Origin: Octopus sinensis
Taxonomy: Eukaryota
Direction of reading: 5' to 3'
Assembly: GCF_006345805.1 (NCBI RefSeq)
Contig: NC_043002.1
Span: 46,872,001 to 46,936,000, forward strand
Length of the DNA stretch: 64,000 bases
Within the stretch, counting starts at the first letter, position 1; each line of letters begins with the position of its first letter. The notes beneath the pieces were generated by a model that did not search any database, had not been told where the DNA came from, and worked only from the letters and a program-made list of their open reading frames with translations. The position numbers and the translations under genes are program-made. Below are positions 11,240-23,791 of the stretch, piece after piece.

Positions 11240-13810
11240 CATAGTTAATCAGATTGTACAGGAAACTACCACAGCAGTTGTAGCAGCTTTATAGTCAACT
11301 GTTAACTGTTACGAAGAGGTATTAAATTGATGGACCGGGTTATGAAAATTAGGAAAAGAATTATTGCTCAACTAATTAGGAAGAGAATTAGCCTGAATGA
11401 GATACAGTTTGGTTTTGTGCCCGGAAGAAGTACTACTCATGCTCTCTTTCTAGTAAAGCAATTGCAGGATCAAATTTCTTGGCTTTCATGAATCTGGAGA
11501 AAGCCTTCAATAGGATTCCTTGCTCTGTGATCTGGTAGTTGCTGTGGAAGCTAGGAAAGATGAATGACTGGAGAGAGACATCCAAGCCATTTACAGGGGA
11601 GTGGGCAGTAAGGTAAGAGTAAGCTATGAGTCATCATTATCATCATTATTTAATGTCTGTTTTCCATGCTGGCATGGGTTGAATGAGTATGGCAATAAAT
11701 TTAATATGCAGGTCGGAATCCTTCAAAGTTCAGTTCTCAGCCCCAATCTATTTTTCACCTTCCTCCAGGATATAACAGAAGAATTTAAGACCAGCTGCCT
11801 GAGGGAACTGCTCAATGCTGAAGACCTTATTCTTATAGCTGAATCTGTAGAAGAATTAGGAAAGAAATTCCAGGGTGGAAGCAAAACCTGGAATCAAAAG
11901 GCTTTAAAGTTAGTTTGGTAAAGACCAAAGTTCTCTAGTAAGCAGGAAAACAGAATATACTAATCCCTTCAGGAAAATGATGAAAATGGACCTGTTTGAT
12001 ATGGAGAAAAGTTGTAGGTAGAAATTCCATATGTTGTACCCAATGTAAACTATGGACACATAAAAGGTGTAGTGAATTTATAGGAAGATTAACAAAGAAT
12101 AAACTTTGTTTGTGGTAGATGCATAAGAGCAATAAACACCAAGAAAACAGAGGATATAGTTTTTCTTAAACAACCAGGAGGATCCTTAGAGGTAGTAGGT
12201 AGTTTTAGAAAATGAATTGGCTGGGGAAAGTTCAGAGAATTATTATCTCTGTTGGTAATAAAAAGCCTGTCTCTTTCAGAGTGAAAGCCAGATGGTGTGA
12301 TGCTTATGTATGAACAGCAATGCTACATGGTAATGAAACATGGGCCGTGAATGCAGAAGCTATGCAAAGATTAGAAAGAAATGAAACTAACATGCTCCAT
12401 CTGATGTACAATGTCAGTGTGCATGTATAACAAAATGCAAATGTGTTGACAGAAAAGCTGGGCATAAGGGGAATCTTGTGCCCAGAAGAATCTTATGTAA
12501 TGTGCAAGAGAGAAGACTATACTAGTATGGTCATGTAATATGTATGGATGAGGACAGTTGTATAAGGAAGAGCTGATCACTAAATATGGATGGAAACTGT
12601 GGTGGAGGGAGACCAAGGAAAATGTGGGACAAAATAGCGAAGACTGACCTAAGGTTGAGTCTCACAAAAGAGATGACAAAACTAAGACGATTGTCAAAAA
12701 TGAGGTCAAAAATAAAAGCATATAGTTTATGTCAATGCTCTGCACCCAGTTTGTACCTGTCAAGTTTTCCCCGCAACCCACAACTCACTTTCATAACACC
12801 CATCCTTTAATCTCCCTTCTATGGTACTATTTCCTTGCAGGTTGTAATTACATGGGAACACAAAAGCATATATTTCATCCTGTCTTTTGTGCTGTCACTT
12901 ATTCTTCTCTTTGAAACCGCTTCCTTTGTCGCCCATCCTGCATTCTCAACATCATACCTTAGCACTACATTTTCTACTGAATACTTCCTTCTCCTGAACA
13001 CCCACTCATACCTGTCATTGACACCTGCACCCCAACATTTGTTGATCACTCACTGTATCTACCCCTATGAACCTCTGATCTACAACTCAGTTACTGCTCG
13101 TCCCTCTCTCTCCCTCACACTTTATATAATTTCTCTATTTCTCATTTATCTATGACTTTATGACACTGATGCTCTCCATTTTTCCTTTTATGTCCTTCCA
13201 TCTATCACTTCCTCCTCCCTGGCCCACTTCTATTTTCCTTTATCATCCCTAACTGAGATTCACCATTGATCACACCTCCACCTTTGGTCACCATTCACTG
13301 CATCCACCTCTATCTTTAACCATCAGGCACCCTCCTTTCTCAGTCTTGCAAACCTACCCATCCAGCTAGGATCAAATTTCTGTCTTTATTCACCATTTAT
13401 CCATCTTCATGTACCCTGACACTTCATCTCCACTATTCTTTCTCTCTTTCCAGCTGGGGGATCTCCTTTACAAGACACCTATTCCTGTCGTTTTTTCATA
13501 CATTAGCCTCTCAACACCTGGTACAAAGCTACCTTCAATAATATTGTACCTCACTCAATCGAGGGGTCTTGTCTTGTGAGTAACTTGGCGACCTCACTAA
13601 TGCTGGTGCCATGAAAAAGAAAACCCAGTACATACACTATAACGTGGTGGGTATTAGGAAGGGCATTCAGCCATAGAAACCATGCCAATACAGACACTGG
13701 AGTTCAAAGTAGTTGTTTGGCCCATAGAATCTTGTTGAACTATCCAACTCATATTAACACACAACACTGATGTTTGATGATGATGATGACAACAACGATG
13801 ACAATGATGA
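11240..13810 (+). mobile_element. 5'-truncated RTE LINE (RT domain, polypyrimidine 3'UTR, tail)
   Basis: Degenerate RGIKLMDRVMK, IQFGFVPGRSTTHALF, NLEKAF, QVGILQSSVLSP and GRPRKMWD motifs. About 900-bp pyrimidine-rich UTR. (GAT)n tail near 13775-13810. Confidence 0.8.
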
Positions 13811-16189
13811 TGAATTTTCAGAGTAAGGGAAATTATTAACTAAATTGATGGTATGCTATTTGTAATCCTTTATTTTTTTAAAATTCTAGTGGGTTGAAAG
13901 GAAAAAAATTAATTCAAATTGTATATAAACTCAGAGCTTAAACTTCCAAATTCTGGAATATCCTTAACAAAAGTCTTGTCACGTAGGTTCCTTAATCTTG
14001 AGTAAATTATTTGCGATAAAATTTTGTTAGCATTAGCTAGGCATAACTTAACATTTTGCTTATCATAATTTACCTCCTGATAGTCAAGAATGAAACAAAA
14101 TTCAAGTTCTATACTTTAGCAATAAATGATGCACAAATTTGTTCTACTGTTAAATAGGCAAATAGAAAGAAAGAACTTGCCATGGAGTGACCACTGCAAG
14201 GAAAGTAAGAACTTTCCATACAGTGATCACTGCAAGGGAGACTACCCTTGATTACATAGAAAAATATTCTACACATGAGTTATATGATAAAGAAATGGAT
14301 ATAAGTGTGGGTGGGGGAGAGAAAGGAAAGCGAAAGTTAATAGTATCATCTACAGCTGTGAAAATGATTTAAATAAAATGCTCATTAAGGGAAATTTCCT
14401 TGCAGAAAAAGCCAAAGAGGAAATCATTAGCTGCAAAAGTAGATAATAACATAACAGAGCAATGAAAATGGAACTAAAACATTTTTCTATGGGATTTTAA
14501 AGCAGAAGTAAAAATTTTCTATGAATTTGTCAAAAAGTAACAAACACTATTAATAAGGATAATGATGTAGTGGATGAAAGTTTTTATAAAATAGATGGGT
14601 GTCGTTGAAAAATTCAATATTTTATGGTTCTGACGAGCATAATTTTTGTTTTTCTGATATGAAAAATAGGTCTATTACCGTGAAGAGGGGAAGGAGAAAT
14701 TTAATGCTATTAATAAAAAAAAAAAAAACAACCCTCAGTGGAGCTTTTAAGTAAATGCGTAACAATTTGAAAAACCTTTTTGCCAATGTTTTAAGCTCTA
14801 ACTATTAAGACATACTACTTAAATTGACAGCAACAAGACTGGGATAAGAATTGTAATGCTCAAAGATACAATTCGAATTCAATGATACAATTTTATACTC
14901 ATATTTTTTAACATGATATTGAGAAAAACTCAAATACCAGTTGTAATAATTTATAAAGCTAGTGCAACACACACATACACGCGCGCGTGTGTGTGTGTAC
15001 ACAGATGTACATAGGTAGTATTTTAAGAACCCACATTCATGGTTATAAAGTTAAAATTAAGAAAGATCCCAAATACACACACACACATACATTCATTGTT
15101 TCCAAAAAAGTAAACAGCTATAAGAGCTGACATGCCCATAGGTGCAGGAATGGCTGTGTGATTAAGAAGCTTGCTTTGCCTCTGCCAATGACTGAAACTA
15201 GTAAAAGAGTAACAGACCTTGGCTACATATTCTCATCTAATTGTATATCTATCATTATCTTTTAACATTCACTTTTCCATGCTTGCATGGGTCAGATGGA
15301 ATCAAGTAAGGTAATATTTTCCCATAGCAAGACATATTTTGTCACAGAAGACTGGAAATAAACAGTCTAATTTTTATGATGATGAAGCACATTAACATCA
15401 TCATGTGATGCCTTGACAAGGGTACACACAATCACATTCACACATCTCTCTCTTGGTCCCTACACACCCACACACACACATACGACAAGCTCCTTTCAGT
15501 TTCTGCCAAATCCATTTACAAGGCTTTGCTTGACCGGAAGCTGTAGTAGATGACACTTGCCCAAGGTGCTACACAATAGGACTGAACCCAAGACCACATG
15601 GTCGGGGAATAAGCTTCTTAACTACATAGCCATGCCTGCATCTATATATTTATTTATCCACAATACAAATTCATTTTCTTTTCACAACAAAACAAGAAAC
15701 CCCAGTTTGATATAATTTTTGACATTGGTCATGTAAAAGCAGTCTACTATTCAATCTAAATATTTTTATTGATTTATGGGTTTTGATTACAATATAATGT
15801 ATTTAATAAAATATAATGTTTTAAAATGACTTTATACTACACAGTCTTTCATTAAAAAAACCCAGTTAAGGTCTAACTGAAACCTACAGGCTTATGCATT
15901 CAGAGCTTATCCAGATTTTCAAGGTGTTTATAGGCTGAAAATACAAAACTCAGATCCTTAATAGAGTACCAGTCTGTAAAAAGGTTAACTCCCAAGGTGT
16001 CATTGATACTCATTTTCAGCTGAGTGTACTGCAGCAACACGAAATGAAGTGACTTGCTCAAGGCCACAATGCAATGCCTGGTCTGTGAATCCAACTCATG
16101 ACCTAACAATTGTGAACACTACATCTAAACCACTAGGACACACACCTTCACATTGTGTATGTTGCTTACTATAATATGACAGTGTTAAA

Positions 16190-16389
16190 CCCTTTAGCAT
16201 TTAAACTGGCCATATCCAACCCAAATATTCTACCTGTTTTATGTTCAAACCAGCCAAATCCAACCTCTAACACCTATCCTACAATGTTATTCTAAAAATA
16301 TGCAATCACATCATCAAAATCTCAAAGTTACAGGAAAATGCATTATTAATATATAGTAGTGTGATTTAATTAGCATTACTTTTGAGGGG
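16190..16389. mobile_element. piggyBac-like MITE, family 1 copy
   Basis: CCCTTTAGCATTTAAACTGGCC start after TTAA(A) and GGGG|TTAA end. Internal similarity to 8654-8873. Confidence 0.7.
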
Positions 16390-16429
16390 TTAAATGGAAA
16401 GAATATTGGAATGATTTCTCATTACCTTC

Positions 16430-16700
16430 TCCTAAACAGCAAGAAACCAAAGATATTTAGAGGAAGGGAAATAAAAGTTGTAATACTCAAACTCTATCCA
16501 AGAATATCAATAATCTAAATGAGGTGAAACATCTCCATTGTATAGTATTCCCTTGATTTTATCTACTTGCTCCTGAGAGGATTAGATTGTATCAATCTGC
16601 TCATGAGAACATTTGAATCAAGCTCTCCAAGTTATTTATACAGTGCTTACTGTATTTGATGATACAAAAGATATTTGGGCATATTAGAAGCATTCCAATT
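16430..16700 (-). mobile_element. Possible highly decayed CR1/L2 RT C-terminal fragment
   Basis: Minus strand ILYNGDVSPHLDY* resembles LYKxxVRPHLEYC. Single motif only. Confidence 0.3.
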
Positions 16701-17148
16701 TCAGTAGTATGTGTTCAGGAAAAAGAGCCCCAGGGACAAAATTAGCTTATGGAAGGTTCAACTTCGTAGTGTGATCATTTTGAAATTTTTGAACAAAAAA
16801 ACTTGTCACTTATATGCTTTCAAATACAATATATTAATTTTGGTAGCAAACTGTACTCTTTTCTACCTCAATGAACCAATGAGTGTTAAGTGAAAGCAGT
16901 TAAGGGAGATTTTCTGAGCAAACATGCACAGATTTTGCTATCTTAACACTGATAAAATCATAAAGAATGGGGGACTGATGATTTGTCAATAGACTCTACA
17001 TTTGACACTATTTTCCATTTCTATTTTTATAGATCGTCTAATACATGTATGCCTTCTCTGATGAATTAGACTATTATTTCTTCCTGAGTCGTTCTCATGC
17101 AATCACACCCTCATAAGAGATAGGTATTAAATTTGATTTTAAACTTAC

Positions 17149-17264
17149 ACGTGTGGAGGAAGTTCATAAAAGTTGATATTGCGGTAACTATGCATAATAT
17201 CATTGTTATAGATATCCAGTTGACAGTAAGGATTCACTGATACTAGGACAGGACCAATATAAGT
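17149..17264 (-). CDS. MYO1C: Myosin IC-like coding exon 2 ([38 protein letters not shown]+GT)
   Basis: TTGCAG acceptor, GTAAGT donor, 116 bp. Canonical myosin [13 protein letters not shown]...PPH motif. Phase 2 end matches exon 3. Confidence 0.95.
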
Positions 17265-17649
17265 CTGCAACAATAAAAGTTAAAGTTTTACATCATGTTC
17301 ATTACAGAGATTTTATGAGAAGTTTTATAAAAGATTAAATCAGTAAATTAAAAAACAAAATTACTTCCCAGGTAAATGGACCACCAATACCGAAAATCTA
17401 AGCACAAAAATCTTTCAGCTAACTAGTAACAGATCATTTTTTTTTCTTTTTGGAAAGAAACATAAATTTACTAGACTGCTTTGACAACAGTTGTTGCTAT
17501 TAAATGGAATTTTGATATAATATTGGAAAAGAGGTTGAATTTAATTAATTGTTTTTCTAGAAATACTGTATGAATAATTATTTTTCTAGAAATATTGTAT
17601 GAATAAACTCAGAGAAAAGCCCTTGTTTATTTATTCATTTCATATTCAG

Positions 17650-17860
17650 AGGTAGCAAGCTAGTAGAATCATTAGCCTGTTGGACGAAATGCTTAGTGGT
17701 ATTTCTTCTGGCTCTTTATTCTGTGACTTTAAATCCCACAAAAGTTGACTTTCATCCTTTCAGGATCAATAAAATAAGGACCTGTTAAACACTAGGATTG
17801 ATGTAATCAATTAACACACCATTTCCAAAATTGCTGGCCTTGTACTGAAACTAAAATGAA
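17650..17860 (+). mobile_element. tRNA-derived SINE, family D
   Basis: GGYRGCRAGCTRGYAGAA head, TCATCCTTTC...GATAAAATAAGTACC body and AAATTGCTGGCCTTGT tail, shared with copies at 41-45 kb. Confidence 0.65.
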
Positions 17861-19750
17861 TTTATTCCATATTTATACTAAAAGTACAAAGAGAAATCAA
17901 TTACTTAACTCTTAACTTCCTGTGCATATTCTATGTACTGTTCATGAAGTTTGGTTACTTTTTCTGATGAGTTGTAGTGCACCTGAGCACTGTATACAAT
18001 GAGTTCATTATAATTATTATTGAGAGAGAGAGCAGCACATGCCATCAAAGTGACACTGAAACCCAATATACCAATCATGACTACACAACTGATAAGGGTA
18101 CACCATGCACATGCATCACAACCACATGTGCATGACATGATGACTTTGTATCAAGCTAAACAGTGCATGACCAGTTAAAAGTTTCTTCAGGTCGAGTAGC
18201 CCATCCCACTCAAACGGTCCCTGAGTAAGGTTTGTTTGAGGATGATGAACAAAACACCTATGTTTCCAGAAGTGAGTTATTCAAACTCCAAAGAACTCCT
18301 CTCAACACATGGCTATGATGCTCCCCCACCACTTCTGCTTGTGATCAGAGATGCACATATCGTCAGCCACTAAGGGACATGCTCAACTGGTTAAGGTCAA
18401 ACAACTGACAAGCAAATCTGTGGTATTTAGCAGAATATTTGCTGTAGCCCATCTTTTATACAAAGACGAAACATGTACATGATAATGCTTCCAATCAGTT
18501 TGTTGATCAGGCACCTGTGGCTTTTATGGGTTTTTCCAAGAGTAACCTTTAAAGCACTTCCCCCTATTGAGAGTTTTGTTACATTGTTTTATTGTTATCA
18601 AATGTTTACACAAGTGGTTTTTTTTTGGGTTTTTTTTTGCAAAACCCTTTGTATATTGTCAAGTGTTGTCCTTTAATGTTTTGATTTATATTAGTCCTTG
18701 AGGCTGATAAAAGAATGAACTATTATTATTATTATTATTATTATTTATTATTATAAAATTTATCAACTTTTTTTCACAGATTCAGTTCTTATTTAAAGTG
18801 AATACTAGATCTGATTTTCACAGTAGTAGCAGTAGTAGTAGTAGTAGTAGTAGTAGTAGCAGTAAAATGAGGTGGGTGATTCCTAAGAGTAGCAGTACTC
18901 ATGTATTACTATCCCCATAGCATTTTGAATGCTCCTCTTCATGCTATATCCATACTGTTCATAGTATATACATACTGTATTCATACTATTAGAAAACAAA
19001 TCATATATTTTAGTTGCACATTTAAATCATAGAATATAAACATACAATTTATCAAATATGAAGCATAAAAATTTAATGTATTTTACCATTTCGCATAAAC
19101 TTTCCAATAAACTGAAATTAATGGCTGAAAAATACCCACAAAAATTTATAAAAAGAAGCTACTAAAATTGTTAGAATGTAAAATTCTAAAACATATTCAC
19201 AAATTATAATATTGTGAAATATGAATAACATGTATATGATCTATATAAACACAGATCTATTCAAACAGAACGAAGAGATGGTTGTGGGTTCAGTCCCACT
19301 GTGTGGGAAAATGTCATGTACTATAATCTCAGGTCATCAAGGCCTTGTGAGTGAATTTGGTAGGCAGAAACAGTATGGAAGTCCATGTGAGTGTATGTCT
19401 TTCCTCACTCACCACAAATCGGCATTGGTTTGTTAACATCCCTGTAACTTGATAGTTTAAAAAAAGAAACTGATAGAATAAGTACCAGACTTAAAAAATA
19501 AGAAATTTGTTCAACTAAACCCTTCAAAGCAGTGCCCTAGCATGGCCATAGTCCAACGACTGTAACAAGTAAAAGAAAAAAGATATAAATGTAGTATTGC
19601 GGGCCTATTTGGTACAGTACACCTTGCCCATTACCGAAACCTATTTATGATATTGGCAATTCATATATTGTCACGGGTACATATTGTTATGCTCATTACT
19701 TATTTCTTAGTGGTCAAGTCCATCTTGCTGAAAGTATGTATTATAATGTA

Positions 19751-19984
19751 GTTATTTCTTTACTACCCACAAGGGGCTAAACATAGAGAGGACAAACAAG
19801 GACAGACAAACGGATTAAGTCGGTTATATCGACCCCAGTGCGTAACTGGTACTTAATTTATCGACCCTGAAAGGATGAAAGGTAAAGTCGACCTCGGTGG
19901 AATTTGAACTCAGAACGTAATGCGAGACGAAATACGGCTACGCATTTCACCCGGTGTGCTAACGTTTCTACTAGCTTGCCGCCT
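19751..19984 (-). mobile_element. tRNA-derived SINE, family C, full length with TSD
   Basis: 12-bp TSD TATTATAATGTA (19739-19750, 19985-19996). B box GAGTTCAAATTCC. CpG-rich, so probably young. Confidence 0.88.
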
Positions 19985-20525
19985 TATTATAATGTACTAT
20001 AGTTTACTATTTTAATCAGTAGTACCAGATTAAAATTGATGAGTGTTTTCTTTACTGGCAAGAAAAGGATATTTAGGTATTGGACCAACAACTAATTGAA
20101 CTCGCTACTTGTAAATTACAATTCAACATAAACTAACAATAAAAGAAGTTATGCCAAGGTTGTGTGCACTGCAAGGCATTTGGAGAATGGAAATATTTAT
20201 AGAACCAGCTTTCTTTTTGGAGAAGTTAATTTAGTACTGGAAGATCTTAGGTTCAGATTCATCTCCTTTACTTTTAATGAATCATTTGTTGGCTTATTTC
20301 TCAGCCTTTCTGCTTCATTAATACATTTGTTGATGAGAGAGCTATGATTTGCAGTGTGAAAGTAAACATTAACAACTTGCTGAAACTAAACATTAACATT
20401 CTTTTTAAGCAGCAGATTACACTGTATCGGAATGGAATAGAAAACATTTTAACAGTTTAAAATAAAACAAACAATAAAAGATCATTCAAAACATATCCGG
20501 AATTGACTAAAGCAATTATACTTAC

Positions 20526-20651
20526 ATAGATAAGGTTTTCTTTAAACCTTTTCTTGAGGTTGAGCTTAAAAGCATCAGGATCAGTAAAATTTTCCAGAAG
20601 GACAAAGTCCTGCAACCCTACATGGTCTCGCTTGGTTAATTCACTCTCCAT
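20526..20651 (-). CDS. MYO1C: Unconventional myosin IC-like, coding exon 1 ([42 protein letters not shown])
   Basis: 42 codons from ATG 20651, ending at a GTAAGT donor in phase 0. Closely matches the known MYO1C N-terminus [22 protein letters not shown]. Candidate acceptors lie just upstream of the ATG (AG at 20674-20673 or 20664-20663). Confidence 0.93.
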
Positions 20652-20927
20652 GTTGATGCAGACTTGGAAAAGCTGGTCCACAGAAATAAAAGAATTTAAT
20701 CACGTGCTTTACTGGCTGCTTGTTGTTGTGCAGTGAAGAAAGAGCTGAATGTATTGACCTTCTCCGTACATCTAAAAAGCAAACATAAAACAAAAAAAGA
20801 TCTAAATGTAGCAAAGACTAGTAACAGAAAAATGAACAAAAATAATAAGTAAAAAATTTTAAGTTTCGAGATGCAACATTAATTAGAAGTTATGACTAAA
20901 ACAGGAAATTATTCATATAAGCCTCAT

Positions 20928-21160
20928 TATCATCATCATCATCATTTTTTACATCTGATATTTCCATGCTATCATGGGTTTGAAGAGTCCCCTCCAACAC
21001 AGCATCCCACTGCTTGTTGCATTCCAGCCATCCTTGTATGAGGTTCACCTTCACGAGTTCAGCCATCACTACCTCTGCTTGTGTTTACCAGGGTCTTCTT
21101 TTTCCATTGAATCTTTCAACATGACTAATATTTTTTCACTCACCTGTCATCTTCCAAAGA
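20928..21160 (-). mobile_element. RTE 3' end with minimal 3'UTR
   Basis: ORF-end motif (..KRRPW.TQAEVV..NL...WDAVLE) runs almost directly into the CCCATGATAGCATGGAAA hairpin and (GAT)n tail. Confidence 0.6.
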
Positions 21161-21220
21161 CATATATATATATATATATATATAAATAGATGTGTGTATT
21201 TTTCCCTGCGTTTAACTCCA

Positions 21221-21263
<43 letters not shown>

Positions 21264-21292
21264 GTGTGTATTTTTCCCTGCGTTTAACTCCA

Positions 21293-21337
<45 letters not shown>

Positions 21338-23791
21338 ATATATATACATACATATAGACATATAGATATACACATACATACAAATATATATATATACATA
21401 TTTACATACATATCCATAATACATATATTACACACACACACACGCGTGCATGTGAATACACACACATCCCTTTCTTACAAGACATACATAGCATAATCAT
21501 TACAACACAAGGAACTTGCAACTATGGAATGAGCTGCAGAATGGCATGTCTAAAAGGCAGCAAGTAAGCAACTGAATGATCAATGATTTGTACTTTATCA
21601 CTGTGCTGTGCTACACTCATGGCCAAGACACTTAGAACTTAACAACCCAATCCACCTAACTGTAAGTAGGTACCAGATGGTGGTTTTTGTTGTTGCTGAA
21701 TGAGATGTATGCTCATAGAAGAAGTTAAATGCAGCACTTGAGATCAACAAAATGCACTCATATATTTCATACAATCATATGTATGTTAAGTATAGTGGTA
21801 ATGGTGGGAGTTTGTTCAGCTAACCCTTCAAGGCAATGCCCCAGTGTGGTCACAGTACAAAGAATGAAACAGGTAAAAGAAAAAAAAAAACATATAGGTC
21901 AAATGACCTTTTAGAGGTTCCAGCATTGTGGTAGAGTTAGTTCATTGCCATTAAGTCATGGCAACATTTTAAAATATATGAATGCATTTGTTAATTTTAA
22001 GTGCTTACAGTCATATGAATAGAGATACATCACATGGGAGTACAATGTTATGACATTTTCAGACAGTTATTGATGATATCAGTTACATCTTACACACAAT
22101 TTTCTCAAAGCTGACAGTTGTTGTCAGACCTAGATATTTTGACTAAAATTTAATTTTTGTTCTTGATGTAATTTACTAGACATCTCATTCTAAAGGAATT
22201 CTAAAGCATACTCCTCAAAACAGAGTGCCAATATCTTCAAGAAATTTTGATAAAATGTCAAGAGGTTTGATGCTGAAGAATCCAGATTTCTTTGTACACA
22301 TTCTGAAATGAATTTAAACATTATAAAGCCACATTATCAGCTTACTGTGAATGCAAACACATTCATTCTATGCTACAGATGTATAGCAAAAAAAGAGAGA
22401 GAGAATTTACTGACAGGCTGTTTCACAATTAGTTAACTAATCCTCAGAAAAGATCAGAAAAAGTCTTCACATCAGCTGCTATATAAAGCAGTCATAAATC
22501 AGCTTAGTACTATAGTGGATGGTCACTACACTCAACCACCACACTACTTATGAACTTTACACACAGAACACCGGATGATACAAACTGTTCTATCTACCAT
22601 TTATTTCAATAAAGTTTTGACTTTATTCTTTGATACCTACTTATAAAATACTAAATACAACCTAAGAAGCAACACAAAATGCTACCTGGCTAACGGCCTT
22701 CCGGGTCACCAAAATTATGTAATGTACATTCTAGAATCTGCAGTTTTCCAAATGGTGTATCAGAAGTGCCTGCCCTCTTATTTCCTTGTCTTCACTTGAA
22801 CCTGTATAGCCTGTCCTGTCATATCCTGACAAAACATACATACCGCCTCACCCACAGATGGCATTATAATCACACCGTTCCATTATTTTCCAGACATAGA
22901 TGCGCAACTACTCCAGCATGACATCAAATATTTAGAAAGTTTCTAAACAAAAAATATAACTAGCACTACCAAATCTACCAGCCTTTCTTTATTCGCCAGT
23001 AACATCAAATGACATCATACAATGTCCTGACATTGTACTCCCATGAGAAGTATCTCTGTCCATATGCCTGCAGGAAGAGGTGAATATGGCACTTAAAATC
23101 AACAAAGAAATCTGGGTTCTTCTTGAGGATTAAATCTATTGACATTTTGTGAGAATTTCTTAAAGATACTGCTACTCCATTTTGAGGGATACACTTTAGA
23201 ATTCTTTTCACATACTTAACAACATAAAAGTATTGTGAACCAATAAGAGTTAATGTGTGGTTACTCAGCCAGCTAGTAGTAGTAGTAAAATATCTTATAA
23301 ATCCCATCATACCATCTGAGAAAGAAGAATGCAACAATGGATAAAGAAATCGCAGATACACTTGGTTCTGGTATATCTAGGATTTGCTTATTCAATTTGC
23401 TAGTGCCACAAAAAAAAGGTAACCACTTTGTAAAGTGGTTGACATTAAAAAGGGTATCCAGCCACAGAAACTATGCAGAAGACATTGGTGCATCATGCGC
23501 TTGTCCGATCATTAGCCTGTGAAACTGCAGCCCAGGAAAGCCAGATGTTAGATAATGATGATGATGGTTAGGCTAAAATGAAAACCAGGATAGTCCATGA
23601 CCTTTGATCATTATATCAGTCTGTATTAAGTGAAAACCTTGAAAATGAACAACAGCAGCAAGAATATGAATGGTCCACTCAGAAAAATGAAGAACAATTT
23701 GAATGAGCATTGAGAAAATTTCTTTGAGGCATTGTTAGATATGAAATATGAAAAATTTATATGATGTGAATATATATACATATATATATAT

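Noticed and set aside
20180-20380. Alternative terminal exon (60 codons) just downstream of myosin exon 1
   Set aside because: Only a generic acceptor and a short ORF, with no homology or polyA evidence.
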